Assembly: GCA_963813535.1 (NCBI GenBank)
Contig: CAWEZH010000002.1
Coordinates: 384,001-448,000 of the forward strand
Reading direction: 5' to 3'
From: an uncultured Chloroflexia bacterium
GTDB lineage: Bacteria; Chloroflexota; Limnocylindria; Limnocylindrales; CSP1-4
Length of the DNA: 64,000 nt
Both the position numbers and the translations under genes were made by a program. The notes beneath the pieces are model-generated. The model did not search any database and was not told where the DNA came from. It was given only the letters and a program-made list of their open reading frames with translations. The first letter of the stretch is position 1. Each line of letters begins with the position of its first letter. This document shows, piece by piece, positions 62,245 through 64,000 of this stretch.

Positions 62245-63498
62245 ATGGTCGCGCGCACCGTAGCCCGGGCGCGCGCCCCGCTCTACGCGAACGCTCTGGT
62301 GCTCATGGGCAATTCGGGCGTCACGGCTGGCCTCGGGTTTGTATTCTGGACGCTGGCCGCGCGCCTTTACCCCCCGGCCGAGGTTGGGCTCGCGTCCGCG
62401 GCCATCTCCGCCGCGCTGTTCCTGGCGACCCTCGCGATGCTCGGACTGCCGTATGCTCTCGTCCGGTTCTCTCCGTCGGCCGGAGCTGATCGCGCCGTCC
62501 TCACCTCGACCGTCCTCCTGGTCGTGACTGCGGCGAGCGCAGTCGCCGGTGGCATCTTCATGGCGGCCGTTGACGCGTGGGCGCCCGCCCTGAACGGACT
62601 CGCCCCCCGCCCCCCACTCGCGGCCGGAGTCATCACACTTGCCGCTCTGACCGGAGCAGCCGGGATGCTCGTTTTTGTGGCCGTCAGCGCTCGTGACGCC
62701 CGTCCGGCCCTCGCGGGCGGCGTGACACAGGGCGTTGTGAAGTGTGCACTGATCCTCGCGTTTGCGCTTTCGCTCCCGCGCCTTGGCTTCGAATTGCTTG
62801 TCGCCTGGTTGCTCGGCACGGCCGCGGCGGTCCTGCTTGAGGTCTGGCTGATGCGAGCGCTGATCGCGCCGCGAGTCGACCTACGCCTTCTAGGGCTCGG
62901 CTTCATGCACTATTCCGCCGGCAACTACGTCGGCGACCTTGCCTGGGCTGCTCCCGGGCTGCTCTTTCCATTGCTCGTTGTCGGGCAGTTGGGCGCGGAG
63001 GCGAACGCGTACTTCTACGTGGCTTGGGCGATCGCAACCTTGCTCGTCGGAATCGCGTACGCGGTGGCGAGTTCCCTCCTGGCGGAGGGAAGCCACGCTC
63101 GAGGCGATCCGGGCGAGCACATCCCCCGCGCGTTCGGCTTGACTCTGGCGCTCGTGGTACCCGCGATCGGGCTGTGCTGGATCGGCGCGCCGCTGCTGCT
63201 GAGCCTATTCGGCACCCGGTACGCGGCAAACGGAGTCGACACGCTGCGCCTGCTAAGCCTTGCCGCGCTGCCCACGAGTCTCAACATCCTGCACCTCACC
63301 GTGGCTCGCGTGGACCGCGCCACTTGGCGGATCCTGGGTATCACGGCGGCAACGGGCGGCGGCGCTCTACTCCTGGGCGCCGCGCTCGCCTCAGTGCAGG
63401 GCGTGACGGGGATCGCGCTCGGGTACTTGGCCGCGCAGACGGCGGTTGCGAGCGTTCTGACCACCGAATGGTGGCTGCGCCGAGGAGCACGGTCCTGA
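62245..63498 (+). CDS. Oligosaccharide flippase (Wzx/MOP family)
   Basis: About 12 TM segments; LGFVFWTLAARLY..EVG, NAYFYVAW, LLSLFG..Y. Start at ATG 62245 is inferred. Confidence 0.85.
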   Translation: MVARTVARARAPLYANALVLMGNSGVTAGLGFVFWTLAARLYPPAEVGLASAAISAALFLATLAMLGLPYALVRFSPSAGADRAVLTSTVLLVVTAASAVAGGIFMAAVDAWAPALNGLAPRPPLAAGVITLAALTGAAGMLVFVAVSARDARPALAGGVTQGVVKCALILAFALSLPRLGFELLVAWLLGTAAAVLLEVWLMRALIAPRVDLRLLGLGFMHYSAGNYVGDLAWAAPGLLFPLLVVGQLGAEANAYFYVAWAIATLLVGIAYAVASSLLAEGSHARGDPGEHIPRAFGLTLALVVPAIGLCWIGAPLLLSLFGTRYAANGVDTLRLLSLAALPTSLNILHLTVARVDRATWRILGITAATGGGALLLGAALASVQGVTGIALGYLAAQTAVASVLTTEWWLRRGARS

Positions 63499-63575
63499 CT
63501 GACAGGCCGTGATCGCTCGACTTGCATGGATGACGTGGCTGCGCGGCGCGGCCGCCGTTCGTGTGGCGGGTCGTG

Positions 63576-64000
63576 TCATCGACCGATGGTGGCTGCCGGT
63601 CGCTGGCGATAAAGTTGTGCATCACCGTTGTCGTACAGGAGGTTCCTGGATCCCAGTTGGGGGAATGTCATCCCGAGGCGGGCACTCTGAAGGCGGATCG
63701 CATCAGATACGAGGAACGACGATATGTCTGGTGTCGGATCGAGGGTGGCCAGGTGGTCCGTGCCGACCGGGTAACCGACCAGCATCAGATAGGCGGCCGC
63801 CAGCCGTTCGTCGGGCCCGACCCACGTGTCCTTGCTAAGTCCATGAGCGTCTGCCCAGCGTAATCCCTGGATCTCCGCTGTCGTGTAGAACATCCACTTG
63901 TGGCTGACCGCCGGGTCGAGCGTGGACTTGATCAGCGCGCCGACCGTCGCCAACGCGATGGCGGCCATCGCAACCTTCCGCGGCCATGGGCGCGGATGCC
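63576..64000 (-). CDS. C-terminus of a membrane protein (DUF2206/DUF6541-like), 5'-truncated by the window edge
   Basis: Frame is open to the edge; last TM, then YTTAEIQGLRW and terminal LLYDNGDAQLY. Confidence 0.6.
   Translation of the reverse strand, partial: HPRPWPRKVAMAAIALATVGALIKSTLDPAVSHKWMFYTTAEIQGLRWADAHGLSKDTWVGPDERLAAAYLMLVGYPVGTDHLATLDPTPDISSFLVSDAIRLQSARLGMTFPQLGSRNLLYDNGDAQLYRQRPAATIGR

Overview
High-GC bacterial chromosome segment; gene content and protein style suggest Chloroflexota, possibly Ca. Limnocylindria (inference, not verified). Bases 1-47.9 kb are mostly core genome: purM, a fused purN-purH, metG, tatD, CIRCE-controlled groES-groEL, pcrA, ligA, gatC-gatA and gatB separated by a LacI-regulated sugar ABC/GH116 cassette, a nucleoside uptake and salvage cluster, a large secreted multidomain copper-radical (galactose-oxidase-like) protein, and dnaE. 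Directly after dnaE the sequence is visibly less GC-rich and a surface-polysaccharide island runs to the window end (GT2 and GT4 glycosyltransferases, two NDP-sugar epimerases, a flippase, DUF1616). The most unusual signals are in this island. (i) A c-di-GMP-I riboswitch overlaps the RBS of a secreted CBM-like/GH16 glucanase. (ii) A ~450-bp leader is present twice, once before each glycosyltransferase operon, with hairpins and a small ORF whose copy-to-copy changes are mostly synonymous. (iii) A GT2 carries a serine-recombinase-type DNA-binding tail. Three apparent small frameshifts may be sequencing or assembly errors. No rRNA, tRNA, CRISPR array, integrase or transposase was recognised. All family calls come from motif recognition by eye, not database searches.
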